DNA from: Thermoplasmatota archaeon
GTDB lineage: Archaea > Thermoplasmatota > Thermoplasmata > RBG-16-68-12
Reading direction: 5' to 3'
NCBI GenBank assembly: GCA_038046665.1
Contig: JBBSVS010000089.1
Coordinates: forward strand, 1 to 28,200
Length of the DNA stretch: 28,200 nt
Shown here: in pieces, positions 8,696-17,308 of the stretch
Numbering within the stretch: the first letter of the stretch is position 1
Layout of the letters: each line of letters begins with the position of its first letter
Translations under genes and position numbers: made by a program
The notes under the pieces: generated by a model
Databases searched by the model: none
The model's input: the letters and a program-made list of their open reading frames with translations, nothing else
What the model was told of the DNA's origin: nothing

Positions 8696-9952
8696 GTGCC
8701 CACCGAGCAGCTCCGGCTCAAACCCCCTTCCAGCGGCCACAAGATCCTGATCACCGAGAAAGGGATCCTCGTCCCCGACGACCCCATCGTCCCGATCATC
8801 GAGGGCGATGGGATCGGACCGGACGTGACGCGCGCCGCGCGATCGGTCATCGACGCGGCCGTCGAGACGACCTTCCATGGGAAGCGGCGAATCGTCTGGT
8901 ACGACGTGCCCGCCGGCGAGACGGCGATGTTCCGCTACGGGGACATGCTGCCGCCGGCGACCCTGGGCGCGATCAGGGAGTACGTGGTCGCGCTCAAGGG
9001 TCCCCTGACCACGCCGGTGGGCGGCGGCTTCCGCTCCCTGAACGTCACCCTGCGCCAGACCCTCGACCTGTACGCCAACGTCAGGCCGATCTACTGGATG
9101 CCGGGGGTGCCCAGCCCCGTCACGCACCCAGAGCGGCTCGACATCGTGATCTTCCGGGAGGCCGAGGAGGACGTCTACGCGGGGATCGAATGGGCGGAGG
9201 GCTCCGCGGAGGCCAAGCGGATGATCTCCCTGCTCAAGGAGCAGTTCAACGTCCGCGTGCGGGACGACAGCGGGATCGGCGTGAAGCCGATCAGCGAGTG
9301 GGAGTCCAAGCGCCTCGTGCGCAAGGCGATCCGCTTCGCGATCGAGAACAACCGCAGATCCGTGACCCTCGTCCACAAGGGGAACATCATGAAGTACACG
9401 GAGGGCGCGTTCCGCGAGTGGGGCTACGAGCTCGCGCGGGAGGAGTTCCAGGACCGGACGATCACCTGGGACGAGGTCCTGGAGAAGCACGACGGCAAGG
9501 CGCCGGAGGGCAAGGTCGTGATCAAGGACGTCATCGCGGACAACATGTTCCAGCAGCTCCTCCTCCGGCCGGACGAGTACGACGTCCTCGCGACGACGAA
9601 CCTGAACGGGGACTACCTGAGCGACGCGGCGGCGGCGCAGGTGGGCGGTCTCGGCGTGGCCCCGGGCGCGAACATCGGGGACGCCCACGCCCTCTTCGAG
9701 CCCGTCCACGGGAGCGCGCCGAAATACGCGGGGATGGACAAGGTCAACCCGACCGCGGAGATCCTCGCGGGCGTGATGATGCTCGAGTACCTCGGATGGA
9801 AGGAGGCGGCCGCGCGCCTGCGCGAGGCGGTGAAGGTGACGATCGCCTCCAAGGTCGTCACCTACGACCTCGCGCGACAGATGCCGGGCTCCAAAGAGGT
9901 CGGCACGACCGCCTTCGCGAACGCAATCATCGAGCGGCTGCAGGCGGCCTGA
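8696..9952 (+). CDS. icd: NADP-dependent isocitrate dehydrogenase (E. coli/archaeal subfamily I)
   Basis: [73 protein letters not shown]-like box at 8657-8662. Confidence 0.95.
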   Translation: MPTEQLRLKPPSSGHKILITEKGILVPDDPIVPIIEGDGIGPDVTRAARSVIDAAVETTFHGKRRIVWYDVPAGETAMFRYGDMLPPATLGAIREYVVALKGPLTTPVGGGFRSLNVTLRQTLDLYANVRPIYWMPGVPSPVTHPERLDIVIFREAEEDVYAGIEWAEGSAEAKRMISLLKEQFNVRVRDDSGIGVKPISEWESKRLVRKAIRFAIENNRRSVTLVHKGNIMKYTEGAFREWGYELAREEFQDRTITWDEVLEKHDGKAPEGKVVIKDVIADNMFQQLLLRPDEYDVLATTNLNGDYLSDAAAAQVGGLGVAPGANIGDAHALFEPVHGSAPKYAGMDKVNPTAEILAGVMMLEYLGWKEAAARLREAVKVTIASKVVTYDLARQMPGSKEVGTTAFANAIIERLQAA

Positions 9953-9954
9953 CG

Positions 9955-10380
9955 TTGGCCAAGGCCCGCGCAGCCCACGGCACGGAGTCCGACCTGGAGC
10001 TCAAGGTCTGCGAGGAGATGGGCCGCCAGGGAGTGGTCCATGAGCACCGCTCGCTTCACTTCCGGGTGCGGCTGCCGAGCGGCGACGTGGCCGAGTACGA
10101 GCCGGACATCGTCGCGCGGCGTGGACCCATCCTCTTCCTCCTCATCCACCTCGAAAACGCCCAAGAAATTCCGAGGCAGAGGGAGTTCCTGAACAACTTC
10201 CTCGAGCAGCATTCGCCGGAAATCGTGCTCATCCTCATCGCTCCGCCGGAGGCACTCAGGGAGCTGCCTCCCGAAATCTACGACGAGGTCTACGCGGCCA
10301 CGGACATCGGGCGTGTGGTTCGGCGGATCCGCGATCAGGATCCGAACGGGATAATCCGTCCCTTCGTCAAGCCGCAATAG
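9955..10380 (+). CDS. Uncharacterised protein with restriction-endonuclease-like (PD-(D/E)xK) pattern
   Basis: A TTG 2 nt after the icd stop opens 141 codons with host-like codon use. ESDLE...YEPDIV resembles the E...YxPD core, but the expected (D/E)xK position reads HLE. Confidence 0.6.
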   Translation: MAKARAAHGTESDLELKVCEEMGRQGVVHEHRSLHFRVRLPSGDVAEYEPDIVARRGPILFLLIHLENAQEIPRQREFLNNFLEQHSPEIVLILIAPPEALRELPPEIYDEVYAATDIGRVVRRIRDQDPNGIIRPFVKPQ

Positions 10381-10385
10381 GGGCC

Positions 10386-11345
10386 TCACCCGAGGGAGAC
10401 GTCGGCTACGACGGGGAAGTGGTCCGAGGCGTCGCGGGGAAGCGGCAGGAACATCGATTGGTTCGGCGGGATGTTGCCCAAGACCGTGCATGCGTTCACC
10501 TCAATGCCCGGCGATACGAAGACGTAGTCAATCCGCTCGTAAGGATAGAGGGAATCATAGGTGTAACTCGACGGAACGGGCGAAGGACCGTTCGCCTCGG
10601 TCCAAGCGTCGGACCAAGTGGCATTGATGTCTGCGTACACGTGGTCCGGCGTGGCGCCCGTCTCCGGGCAGAGGCCGGGGGGGCAGGCGTTGAAATCCCC
10701 CAGGAGGACCTTGAGACCCGTGACCAGGGCGGTGACACGAAGCACTTCGGCGACCTGTGCATCTCGCTCCGCGCCGTCCAGACCGAGATGGACGGCGAAG
10801 ACCTGGAGGTCCGTGCTCGGCAGTCGAAGGAATGCATGGACGAGGACCCGCTGGTCCCCCCGACTGGGGAGGAGCTCGTAGTTCCAGGATTCAATCGGGT
10901 AGCGGCTGAGGATCGACACACCGTAGGTCTGGACCCGTGTTGGCGGGCCGTAGGCCACGTGATAGCCGAGCGTCGACGCGAGGTAGCCGACCAGGTTGAC
11001 GCCGCCGCTCGTCACCCGCACGGAGTCGCTCTCCTCGAGGGCCAGGATGTCTGGATTCGCCAAGCGCACCATCTCGACGATGCGGTCCACGTTGAGGCGC
11101 CCGCCCGCACTGAAGCCTTGGTGCACGTTGTACGTCATCACGCGAATCATGCCGGAGGATGGAGCGGGCACGGCGACCGGAGCCGAGGCCACAATGCCCA
11201 AGGAGGCGAGGAGCAGGATGACCGCCGCCGTGGCCGCGGCCCAACGCATCGAGGTGCGTGTGGGCGCGGCGCTCGGGGAGCGTCCACCGGCGACGAGAGC
11301 AGGCACAACCAGGCCGAGGGCGATGAGCACGAGGATGGCGGGCGC
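10386..11345 (-). CDS. Membrane-anchored endonuclease/exonuclease/phosphatase (EEP) family protein, apparently 5'-truncated
   Basis: RVMTYNVHQG, DILALEE, VHL, LLGDFN, ERIDYVFV and ASDHFPV catalytic motifs, preceded by two TM segments. No convincing start upstream of the first TM. The ATG at 11249 could serve as a secondary start. Confidence 0.8.
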   Translation of the reverse strand, partial: APAILVLIALGLVVPALVAGGRSPSAAPTRTSMRWAAATAAVILLLASLGIVASAPVAVPAPSSGMIRVMTYNVHQGFSAGGRLNVDRIVEMVRLANPDILALEESDSVRVTSGGVNLVGYLASTLGYHVAYGPPTRVQTYGVSILSRYPIESWNYELLPSRGDQRVLVHAFLRLPSTDLQVFAVHLGLDGAERDAQVAEVLRVTALVTGLKVLLGDFNACPPGLCPETGATPDHVYADINATWSDAWTEANGPSPVPSSYTYDSLYPYERIDYVFVSPGIEVNACTVLGNIPPNQSMFLPLPRDASDHFPVVADVSLG

Positions 11346-11489
11346 ATGGTTCCGCCCCACGAGGCATGGACCCTCCTCGAGGCGGCGGGGTGGGAGGTCG
11401 AGGCCGCCTACGGCGGATGGGGGCGCGAGGCGGTGAGCGCGGAACGCCGCAAGCTCGTGCTCGTCGCGCGGCCTGCCGCACGGGATTAA
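11346..11489 (+). pseudogene. Orphan C-terminal fragment of a class I SAM-dependent methyltransferase
   Basis: (R)MVPPHEAWTLLEAAGWEVEAAYGGWGREAVSAERRKLVLVARP* matches the typical methyltransferase tail (LLEAAGF-V--VYG-W......-L-LVAR). The SAM-binding part is missing. Confidence 0.6.
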
Positions 11490-11493
11490 ATAG
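11484..11493 (+). promoter_or_regulatory. Putative TATA box for the Fe-S oxidoreductase gene
   Basis: GATTAAATAG, AT-rich in a GC-rich context. The identical 10-mer precedes etfB on the minus strand (17258-17267). Confidence 0.5.
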
Positions 11494-11567
11494 CGTCGAG
11501 ACCTTGGAGGCGCGGGCCAACGACGATGCTGCCCGACCATCCGTGGGCCCACGAGGAGGTGTGAGGA

Positions 11568-13670
11568 GTGCCGCTGCCGGCGTGCGACCCCACGGGGACC
11601 GTGCCGTGCCGCACGAACCTCAGCTTACTGCCGGATTGGACGCTCCTCGCCCTGTGGGCCGTCACCGCCGTGGCCGTCGCCTTCACGGCCTACGGGCTAT
11701 TGACGCGGTGGAAGGTGTGGAAGCAGGGCCCCGCAGGCTCCACGGGCGCATCCTTCTGGCTGCACCTGCAGCAGCTCCTCGTCGTCGGGATACTGCAAAA
11801 GAAGGTCGCGCAGCGCCGCTACGCGGGCGTGATGCACGTCCTGATGTACACGGGCTTCATCGCTCTCGGGATCGGCACCACGATCGTGTTCGTCAACATG
11901 GACATCACGGCCCAGGTGGACCTGGACATCCTCCGAGGCAATCCCTACCTCCTGTTCGAAGCCGCCCTGGAGTTCATGGGCCTCGCGTTCATCGTCGGCC
12001 TGGGGATGGTGTTCTACCGACGGCTCGCGGCCCGCCCCAAGTACCTGCGGAACGAGCGGCCGGACCTGTTCCTCCCGGGCATCCTCCTGCTCCTCATGCT
12101 CCAGGGCTACCTGCTCGAGGCGATTCGCCTCGCGGTCCTCCAGCCGAAGTGGGAGGAGTGGTCCTTCTTCGGGTACTTCCTGTCCCTCGGGCTGCGGGGC
12201 CTCGGGATCGATGAGACCCTAGCCACCGTCGCGGTGAGCGGCGGCGGGTCTGTCGTCACGATCACGCCCGTGCCGGCCCTGGCCTGGGGCTACGGAATCC
12301 TGTGGTGGTTCCACGCGGGCACGTGGTCCGCCATGCTCGCGACGCTACCGTGGACGAAGGCGAGCCACTTCCTCTTCAGCCCGGCGAACACGTTCTTCGA
12401 GCGCGCGCTCCCGTATGGCAAGCTGCCGACGGTCTTCGACATCGATGCGATGATGCAGGAGGGGGCCGCGCAGCCCATGATGGGCGCCGCGACGACGAAG
12501 GCCTTCTCCTGGTTCGACCGCCTCCAGCTCGACGCGTGCACGATCTGCGGCCGCTGCACGTCCGTTTGCCCCGCGTGGACCACGGGGAAGCCTCTGGATC
12601 CCATGCGCGTAATCCTCGACCTGCGGGAGGCGATGACGAAGGAGGCGAAGGGCGTGACCCTGGGGGAGCCGCTCCCGGACTTCGTCGGGTACGAGGAGCT
12701 CTTCGCCTGCACCACGTGCGGGGCGTGCATGCAGGAGTGCCCGGTGTCGATCCGCCATGTCCCCTTCATCGTCGAGCTGCGCCGCAACTTCGCCATGGAG
12801 CTCGGGAGAATCCCTGAGGAATCCCAGGGCATGCTGCGGAACATCGAGACGAACTACAACCCCTGGGGCATCGGATGGGACCAGCGGGGGAACTGGGCCG
12901 CGGGGATGGGCGTCCGCACGCTCTCCGAGGCCGTGGCCGCGGGCGAGGCCGTCGACGTGCTGTACTGGGTCGGCTGCGCCGCCTCCTTCGACGACCGGAA
13001 CAAGAAGGTCGCCCAGAGCTTCGCGCGGCTCCTGCAGAGGGCCGGCGTGCGCTTCGCAATCCTCGGGCCGGAGGAGAAATGCACAGGCGACCCGGCGAGG
13101 CGCCTCGGGAACGAGTACCTCGCGCAGAGGATGATCAAGGCGAACGTGGAGACGCTGAACCGGTATGCAGTCAAAACAATCGTCACCGCGTGCCCCCACT
13201 GCTTCAACACGCTGAAGCACGAGTATCCGGACTTCGGCGGGAGCTACGAGGTCATCCATCATTCCGTCTTCCTGGACGGGCTGCTCAAGCAGGGGAAGCT
13301 CAAGCCGACGAAGGAGGTCGAGTCGTTCCTGACGTACCATGACGCCTGCTACCTCGGGCGGTACAACAAGGTGTACGACGAGCCGCGGGATGTGCTCCTG
13401 CGCATCCCGGGCGTCCGCACGGTGGAGATGAAGCAGTGCCGGGAGAAGGGGTTCTGCTGCGGGGCCGGCGGCGCGCGCATGTGGATGGAGGAGAAGGTCG
13501 GCGAGAAGGTCAACCACCGCCGCCTCGACCACGTCGCGGAGACGGGGGCGAAGGCCGTGGCCTCCGCGTGCCCGTACTGCTTGATCATGATGGACGACGC
13601 GGCGAAGACGAAGAACCGGGAGGACATCGCCCGCGAGGATATCGCGGAGATCCTCGAGAAGTCCCTCTAG
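11568..13670 (+). CDS. Membrane-bound Fe-S oxidoreductase, FadF / ETF:menaquinone oxidoreductase-like (NarI-like membrane domain, 2x[4Fe-4S], two CCG domains)
   Basis: TM domain with conserved His (GVMHVLM, WWFHA, KASHF), CTICGRCTSVCP and CTTCGACMQECP, then WVGC...EKCTGD...TACPHC and YHDACYL...CCGAGG...SACPYC. SD GGAGGTG upstream. Confidence 0.88.
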   Translation: MPLPACDPTGTVPCRTNLSLLPDWTLLALWAVTAVAVAFTAYGLLTRWKVWKQGPAGSTGASFWLHLQQLLVVGILQKKVAQRRYAGVMHVLMYTGFIALGIGTTIVFVNMDITAQVDLDILRGNPYLLFEAALEFMGLAFIVGLGMVFYRRLAARPKYLRNERPDLFLPGILLLLMLQGYLLEAIRLAVLQPKWEEWSFFGYFLSLGLRGLGIDETLATVAVSGGGSVVTITPVPALAWGYGILWWFHAGTWSAMLATLPWTKASHFLFSPANTFFERALPYGKLPTVFDIDAMMQEGAAQPMMGAATTKAFSWFDRLQLDACTICGRCTSVCPAWTTGKPLDPMRVILDLREAMTKEAKGVTLGEPLPDFVGYEELFACTTCGACMQECPVSIRHVPFIVELRRNFAMELGRIPEESQGMLRNIETNYNPWGIGWDQRGNWAAGMGVRTLSEAVAAGEAVDVLYWVGCAASFDDRNKKVAQSFARLLQRAGVRFAILGPEEKCTGDPARRLGNEYLAQRMIKANVETLNRYAVKTIVTACPHCFNTLKHEYPDFGGSYEVIHHSVFLDGLLKQGKLKPTKEVESFLTYHDACYLGRYNKVYDEPRDVLLRIPGVRTVEMKQCREKGFCCGAGGARMWMEEKVGEKVNHRRLDHVAETGAKAVASACPYCLIMMDDAAKTKNREDIAREDIAEILEKSL

Positions 13671-13712
13671 CCCTCACCGAGGCAGAAGCGCGGAGGCCGC
13701 TCGCTTCACGTG

Positions 13713-14000
13713 TCAGCCGAGGGCGTCGATTTTCTTCGCGAGGACGAAGTCGCGTTCCGTGAGCCCGCCGACGTCGTGGGTCGTGAGGCTCAGGCTCACG
13801 GTGGCCCACGAATTGGCGATGTCCGGATGGTGGTTCATCTCTTCGGCGAGTGCACCGACCCGGTTGATGAACGCGAGCGCGGATGGAAATCCGTCGAACG
13901 TCCACGTGCGCGTGATCGCGCGGCCTTTGCGCGTCCATTTCGGGATTTCGCCGAGGCGGGCGCGGATTTCCTCTTCACTCAGGAGCTTGCGGCGGGCCAT
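13713..14000 (-). CDS. Pterin-4-alpha-carbinolamine dehydratase
   Basis: W...ITRTWTFDGF...FINRVGALAEEMNHHPDI...LTTHDVGGLTERDFVLA. The ATG at 14000 is more plausible than the TTG at 14078. Confidence 0.92.
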   Translation of the reverse strand: MARRKLLSEEEIRARLGEIPKWTRKGRAITRTWTFDGFPSALAFINRVGALAEEMNHHPDIANSWATVSLSLTTHDVGGLTERDFVLAKKIDALG

Positions 14001-14044
14001 GGTCCCGCGCGGTGAGAAGGCCCTTCGGGGCAAAAGCCTGCGCG

Positions 14045-14068
14045 CGTTAACCTTAAACAAGGTTAACG
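14045..14068. repeat. Perfect 10-4-10 palindrome, copy 1 (candidate operator overlapping the TATA box)
   Basis: CGTTAACCTT-AAAC-AAGGTTAACG. A second copy with identical arms lies at 27211-27234. Confidence 0.85.
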
Positions 14069-14076
14069 TGGATTGC

Positions 14077-14097
14077 AAGAGACCAGAACGGTCTCTT
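14077..14097 (-). terminator. 8-bp stem hairpin just after the arrestin-like gene
   Basis: AAGAGACC-AGAAC-GGTCTCTT (plus strand), beginning 5 nt after the stop at 14103-14105. Confidence 0.45.
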
Positions 14098-14102
14098 CCG
14101 CA

Positions 14103-14949
14103 TCATCGAACGATCACAATCGGCGTCTGCGCGACGAGGTCCGTGGCCCAGGCGATGTCCAGCCCCACATGGAGGACGTAGCTGTAATAGGAGTGCATCC
14201 CGCGATAGGCGGACTGCACGTCCGCGGGAATCGGGATCTCGAAGGCGAAGGGGACGCCGACCTGGATGCGCTCCATGGGCACGTCGACCTGCGTCTGGAA
14301 GGTCATGATCGTCTCCTGCACGCCCTGGGCCTGCGCCCATTCCCCGCCCACGAGGCGGGCGTACACGCGGCGCACACGGAAATCCCCGAGCCGGAGCAGC
14401 GTAATCCGGCAGCCAATGAGCTCGCGGGCGAAGAAGCGGTCTCCGTCCAGCTCGACGTAGACCTCGGGACCGTCGCCTCCGGAGCGGAAGCGCACGGGCT
14501 GGGAGAAGGTGCGCACGCTCGCTCGATCGTAGAAGACGAAGAGCTCGCCCTTCCACACGGTGTCGAGCCAGAGGGGCACGTCGAGGCGCGCCGTGAGCGT
14601 GTATCGCACCCACGCATGGCGGCCGGTGTAGCTCGGCAGGCCGTTCGGCGGGATCTGGAACCGGAAGGGGAATCGATGGATGCCCGCGGGAACGGTCGTC
14701 TCGCCCTGGAGTGGGAGCCGCCACACCGCGAAGTCCCAGGTGGAGCGGTACGTCTGCTGGTTCTTCCCGGATCCGCGCGTGATCACGGTCTCCTCCTGCC
14801 CGAGGAAGTCCAGGTAGAGGCCGCGGCTCGGCACCTCCTTCGTCGTCTCGACGACCACAATGCCCTCGACGACCTCACCGGTGTAGTAGACGTTGCGCGG
14901 CAGTTCGACCGAGATCGACCGAGGCGCGCTCTCACCCGCCTGAGGCCAT
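14103..14949 (-). CDS. Arrestin-fold / Spo0M-like protein; start region out of frame
   Basis: SISVELPRNVYYTGEVVEGIV...VPAGIHRFPFRFQIPPNGLPSYTGRHAWVRYTLTARLDVPLW is the arrestin-N pattern. The only SD-preceded ATG (14949) is one base out of frame with the body. Confidence 0.75.
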
Positions 14950-14954
14950 GGACG

Positions 14955-15386
14955 TCACCGCACGAGGTACCGCGTGTTGCAGTAGGAACACGTGGCCACG
15001 CCGAAGCGGTCCACGCCCTGGGGCGGCGCGCCGCAGTTCGGGCAGTTCAGGGCGACGGGGCCCTGCACGCCCGCGGGGACCATGGGCTGCTGGATCGGTG
15101 GGGGCGGCGGGATCGTGGACCGGTAGCCGCCTATGCCGGCCACGGCGAGGACCGCAATGAGGATGACCACGAAGACGAAGATGCCGCAGAAGGGGAAGAG
15201 ATCGAAGGGCGTCCCGAAGCCCATGCCTGCCATGCCCGTGAAGATGAAGATCATCACGAGGACGAACATGACCATGAAGACGCCGAAGCCGAGGAGGGCC
15301 AGGGGCGGGGACTGGGGGCCCCACCCGTAGGCGGGGCCGTAGGGTCGATAGGGAGGGGGCGGATTGAAAGGGGGAGGCTGGGCCAC
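14955..15386 (-). CDS. Pro-rich two-TM membrane protein with C-terminal zinc ribbon
   Basis: N-terminal PPPFNPPPPYRPY, two long hydrophobic helices, PPPPP linker, CPNC...CSYC. Confidence 0.72.
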   Translation of the reverse strand: MAQPPPFNPPPPYRPYGPAYGWGPQSPPLALLGFGVFMVMFVLVMIFIFTGMAGMGFGTPFDLFPFCGIFVFVVILIAVLAVAGIGGYRSTIPPPPPIQQPMVPAGVQGPVALNCPNCGAPPQGVDRFGVATCSYCNTRYLVR

Positions 15387-15462
15387 GGGCCGGCATGGGA
15401 CGCGCGCCTAGATGAAAGCTACGGGGTCTCTGGTCGAGTCGGATTACGCGGTCAGGACGGCT

Positions 15463-16431
15463 TCAGGCCTTGAGCTCCTTGATCACTGCGGGCAGGAGCT
15501 GCAGCACGTTGGCCACCACGCCAATGTGGGCGACCTCGAAGATGGGCGCGGTCGAGTCCGTGTTGATCGCCACGATGAGACCGGAGTCCTTCATGCCCGC
15601 CACGTGTTGCATCGCGCCGCTGATCCCGCAGGCCACGTAAAGCTTCGGCCGCACGGTCTTCCCGCTCTGGCCGACCTGCCGCGTCTTGGGCAGCCACTCC
15701 ATGTCCGTGAGGGGCCGGGACGCGCCGACGACGCCGCCGAGGAGCTTCGCAAGCTCCTCGATGAGCGGGAGGTTCTCCTTCTTCTGGATGCCGCGTCCTG
15801 CGGACACGATCACGTCCGCGGAGGCGAGGTCGATGTCGGAGACCTGGGGGCGCTCGAGGCCGAGGCATTTCGTGCGCACCTTCGACGCGTCGACGGACGC
15901 GGGGACGCGGTTGACCGCGCCCCCCGGAGCGGGCTCGGCGGGCTTCACGGTCCCCGGCCGCAGGGTGACCACGAAGGTCTTGTCCGAGGCGATATCGAAT
16001 TCACCCTGGATCTTCTCGTTGAGGAGGCGGCGCGTCGCGACGAGCTTGTCGCCTTCGAGGCGGATGTCCACCGCGTTCGTGACGAGGGGGAGGTTCGCGA
16101 GACCCGCAATCCCGGGGGCCACGTCGTAGCCTTGGGCTGTGTGGGCCACAAGGAGGACGCGCGGTGCGTGGCCCTCCAGGAGGGCGACTGCCGTCTGCTC
16201 GTACCCGCCGTCCGTGTACTCCGCGAGGGCGGGGTCGTCCACAAGGAGGACCTCGAGGCCGTACCCCGCCAAACCCTGGGCCAAGCTGCCGGCGTTGTGG
16301 CCCAGGAGCGCGGCCTTGAGGACACCCCCCGACTGCGCGGCCAGCTCCCGACCTTTCGCGACGAGCTCGAACGTGGACGGGGCCAGTTTCCCCTCGAGGT
16401 GCTCCGCCAGGATGAGGATGTCGTGGCCCAC
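15463..16431 (-). CDS. etfA: Electron transfer flavoprotein alpha subunit
   Basis: LASADVIVSAGRG, VGASRP, RQVGQSGKTVRPKLYVACGISGAMQHVAGM, AINTDSTAPIF. Confidence 0.95.
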   Translation of the reverse strand: MGHDILILAEHLEGKLAPSTFELVAKGRELAAQSGGVLKAALLGHNAGSLAQGLAGYGLEVLLVDDPALAEYTDGGYEQTAVALLEGHAPRVLLVAHTAQGYDVAPGIAGLANLPLVTNAVDIRLEGDKLVATRRLLNEKIQGEFDIASDKTFVVTLRPGTVKPAEPAPGGAVNRVPASVDASKVRTKCLGLERPQVSDIDLASADVIVSAGRGIQKKENLPLIEELAKLLGGVVGASRPLTDMEWLPKTRQVGQSGKTVRPKLYVACGISGAMQHVAGMKDSGLIVAINTDSTAPIFEVAHIGVVANVLQLLPAVIKELKA

Positions 16432-16435
16432 GGCA

Positions 16436-17233
16436 TCACCTCCTCACGAAGCCTTTCTCGCGCAGCAACCGGGCGAGCGTCTTCGCCTGCTCCTCGAGGG
16501 AACCTGAGATCATCTCCGCGTGGTCCTGCGCCCCGGGCGGGGCCAGGCCGCGCACCGCGAACGTGTACGGCAGGGCGACGGCTTCCCACGACGCGAAGCC
16601 GAGGGCCGCGGGCGCGATCTCCTTGATGGGCACGCGGGCCGCCCTCATGATCGCCGGGAGCGGCGCGTACCGCGGGATGTTCGCGCCGAACTGGATGGAG
16701 AGGAGGGCCGGCAGACCCACGGAGTACTTGCGCTGGAGCCCGCCCTCGAGCTCGCTCCAGGCCTCGAGGGTGGCGCCCTGGACCTGGACCTTCGTGACGA
16801 CGCTCACATGGGGCAGGCCGAGCAGGCCCGCGACGAGACCGCCCGTCGCAGAGTTGCTGTAGTCGTCCGACTGCACGCCCGTGAGCACGAGGTCGTGGGG
16901 GATCGTCTTGACCGCGGCCGCGAGAATCCGCGCGACCTTGCCCACGTCGAAGGCCGCGGGGTCGTCGTAGGCCACGCGCACCGCCTCGTCGGCGCCTTTC
17001 GCGAGGGCTTCCCGCAGCATGGACTCCGCGCGCTTCGCGCCGATGGTGATCGCGACGACCCGCCCCCCGTTCTTCTCCTTGAGGCGCACGGCCTCCTCGA
17101 GGGCGTACTCGTCGGAGCCGTTGATCTTGTAGTTGAGCCCGTCCCGCTTGATGTCGAGGCCGTCCGGCGCGACCTGGAATTGAAGGTCGGGGTTGGGGAT
17201 CTGCTTCAGGCAGACGACGATGTTGAGCGCCAT
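16436..17233 (-). CDS. etfB: Electron transfer flavoprotein beta subunit
   Basis: IVVCLKQIP, DEYALEEAVRLKE, REALAKGAD, LVLTGVQSDD...TGGLVAGLLGLP, PRYAPL. TATA GATTAAATAG at 17267-17258. Confidence 0.95.
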   Translation of the reverse strand: MALNIVVCLKQIPNPDLQFQVAPDGLDIKRDGLNYKINGSDEYALEEAVRLKEKNGGRVVAITIGAKRAESMLREALAKGADEAVRVAYDDPAAFDVGKVARILAAAVKTIPHDLVLTGVQSDDYSNSATGGLVAGLLGLPHVSVVTKVQVQGATLEAWSELEGGLQRKYSVGLPALLSIQFGANIPRYAPLPAIMRAARVPIKEIAPAALGFASWEAVALPYTFAVRGLAPPGAQDHAEMISGSLEEQAKTLARLLREKGFVRR

Positions 17234-17308
17234 GGCGGGCGTGCGTACGGGAGGACTCTATTTAATCGTGTCGCGCGCGTAAGGACTCGCGGCCGCCGCC
17301 GCTATCCA

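Noticed and set aside
7386-9709. Long minus-strand ORFs opposite gltA and icd
   Set aside because: Antisense shadows of genes with very high GC3; the true genes are on the plus strand.
8677-9954. N-terminal 426 codons of the 567-aa track ORF
   Set aside because: Alternative frame of icd rich in R/P/G; only the part from TTG 9955 looks coding.
11346-11552. N-terminal extension of the 388-aa EEP track ORF
   Set aside because: It is the antisense of the methyltransferase remnant and promoter and reads as non-protein-like.
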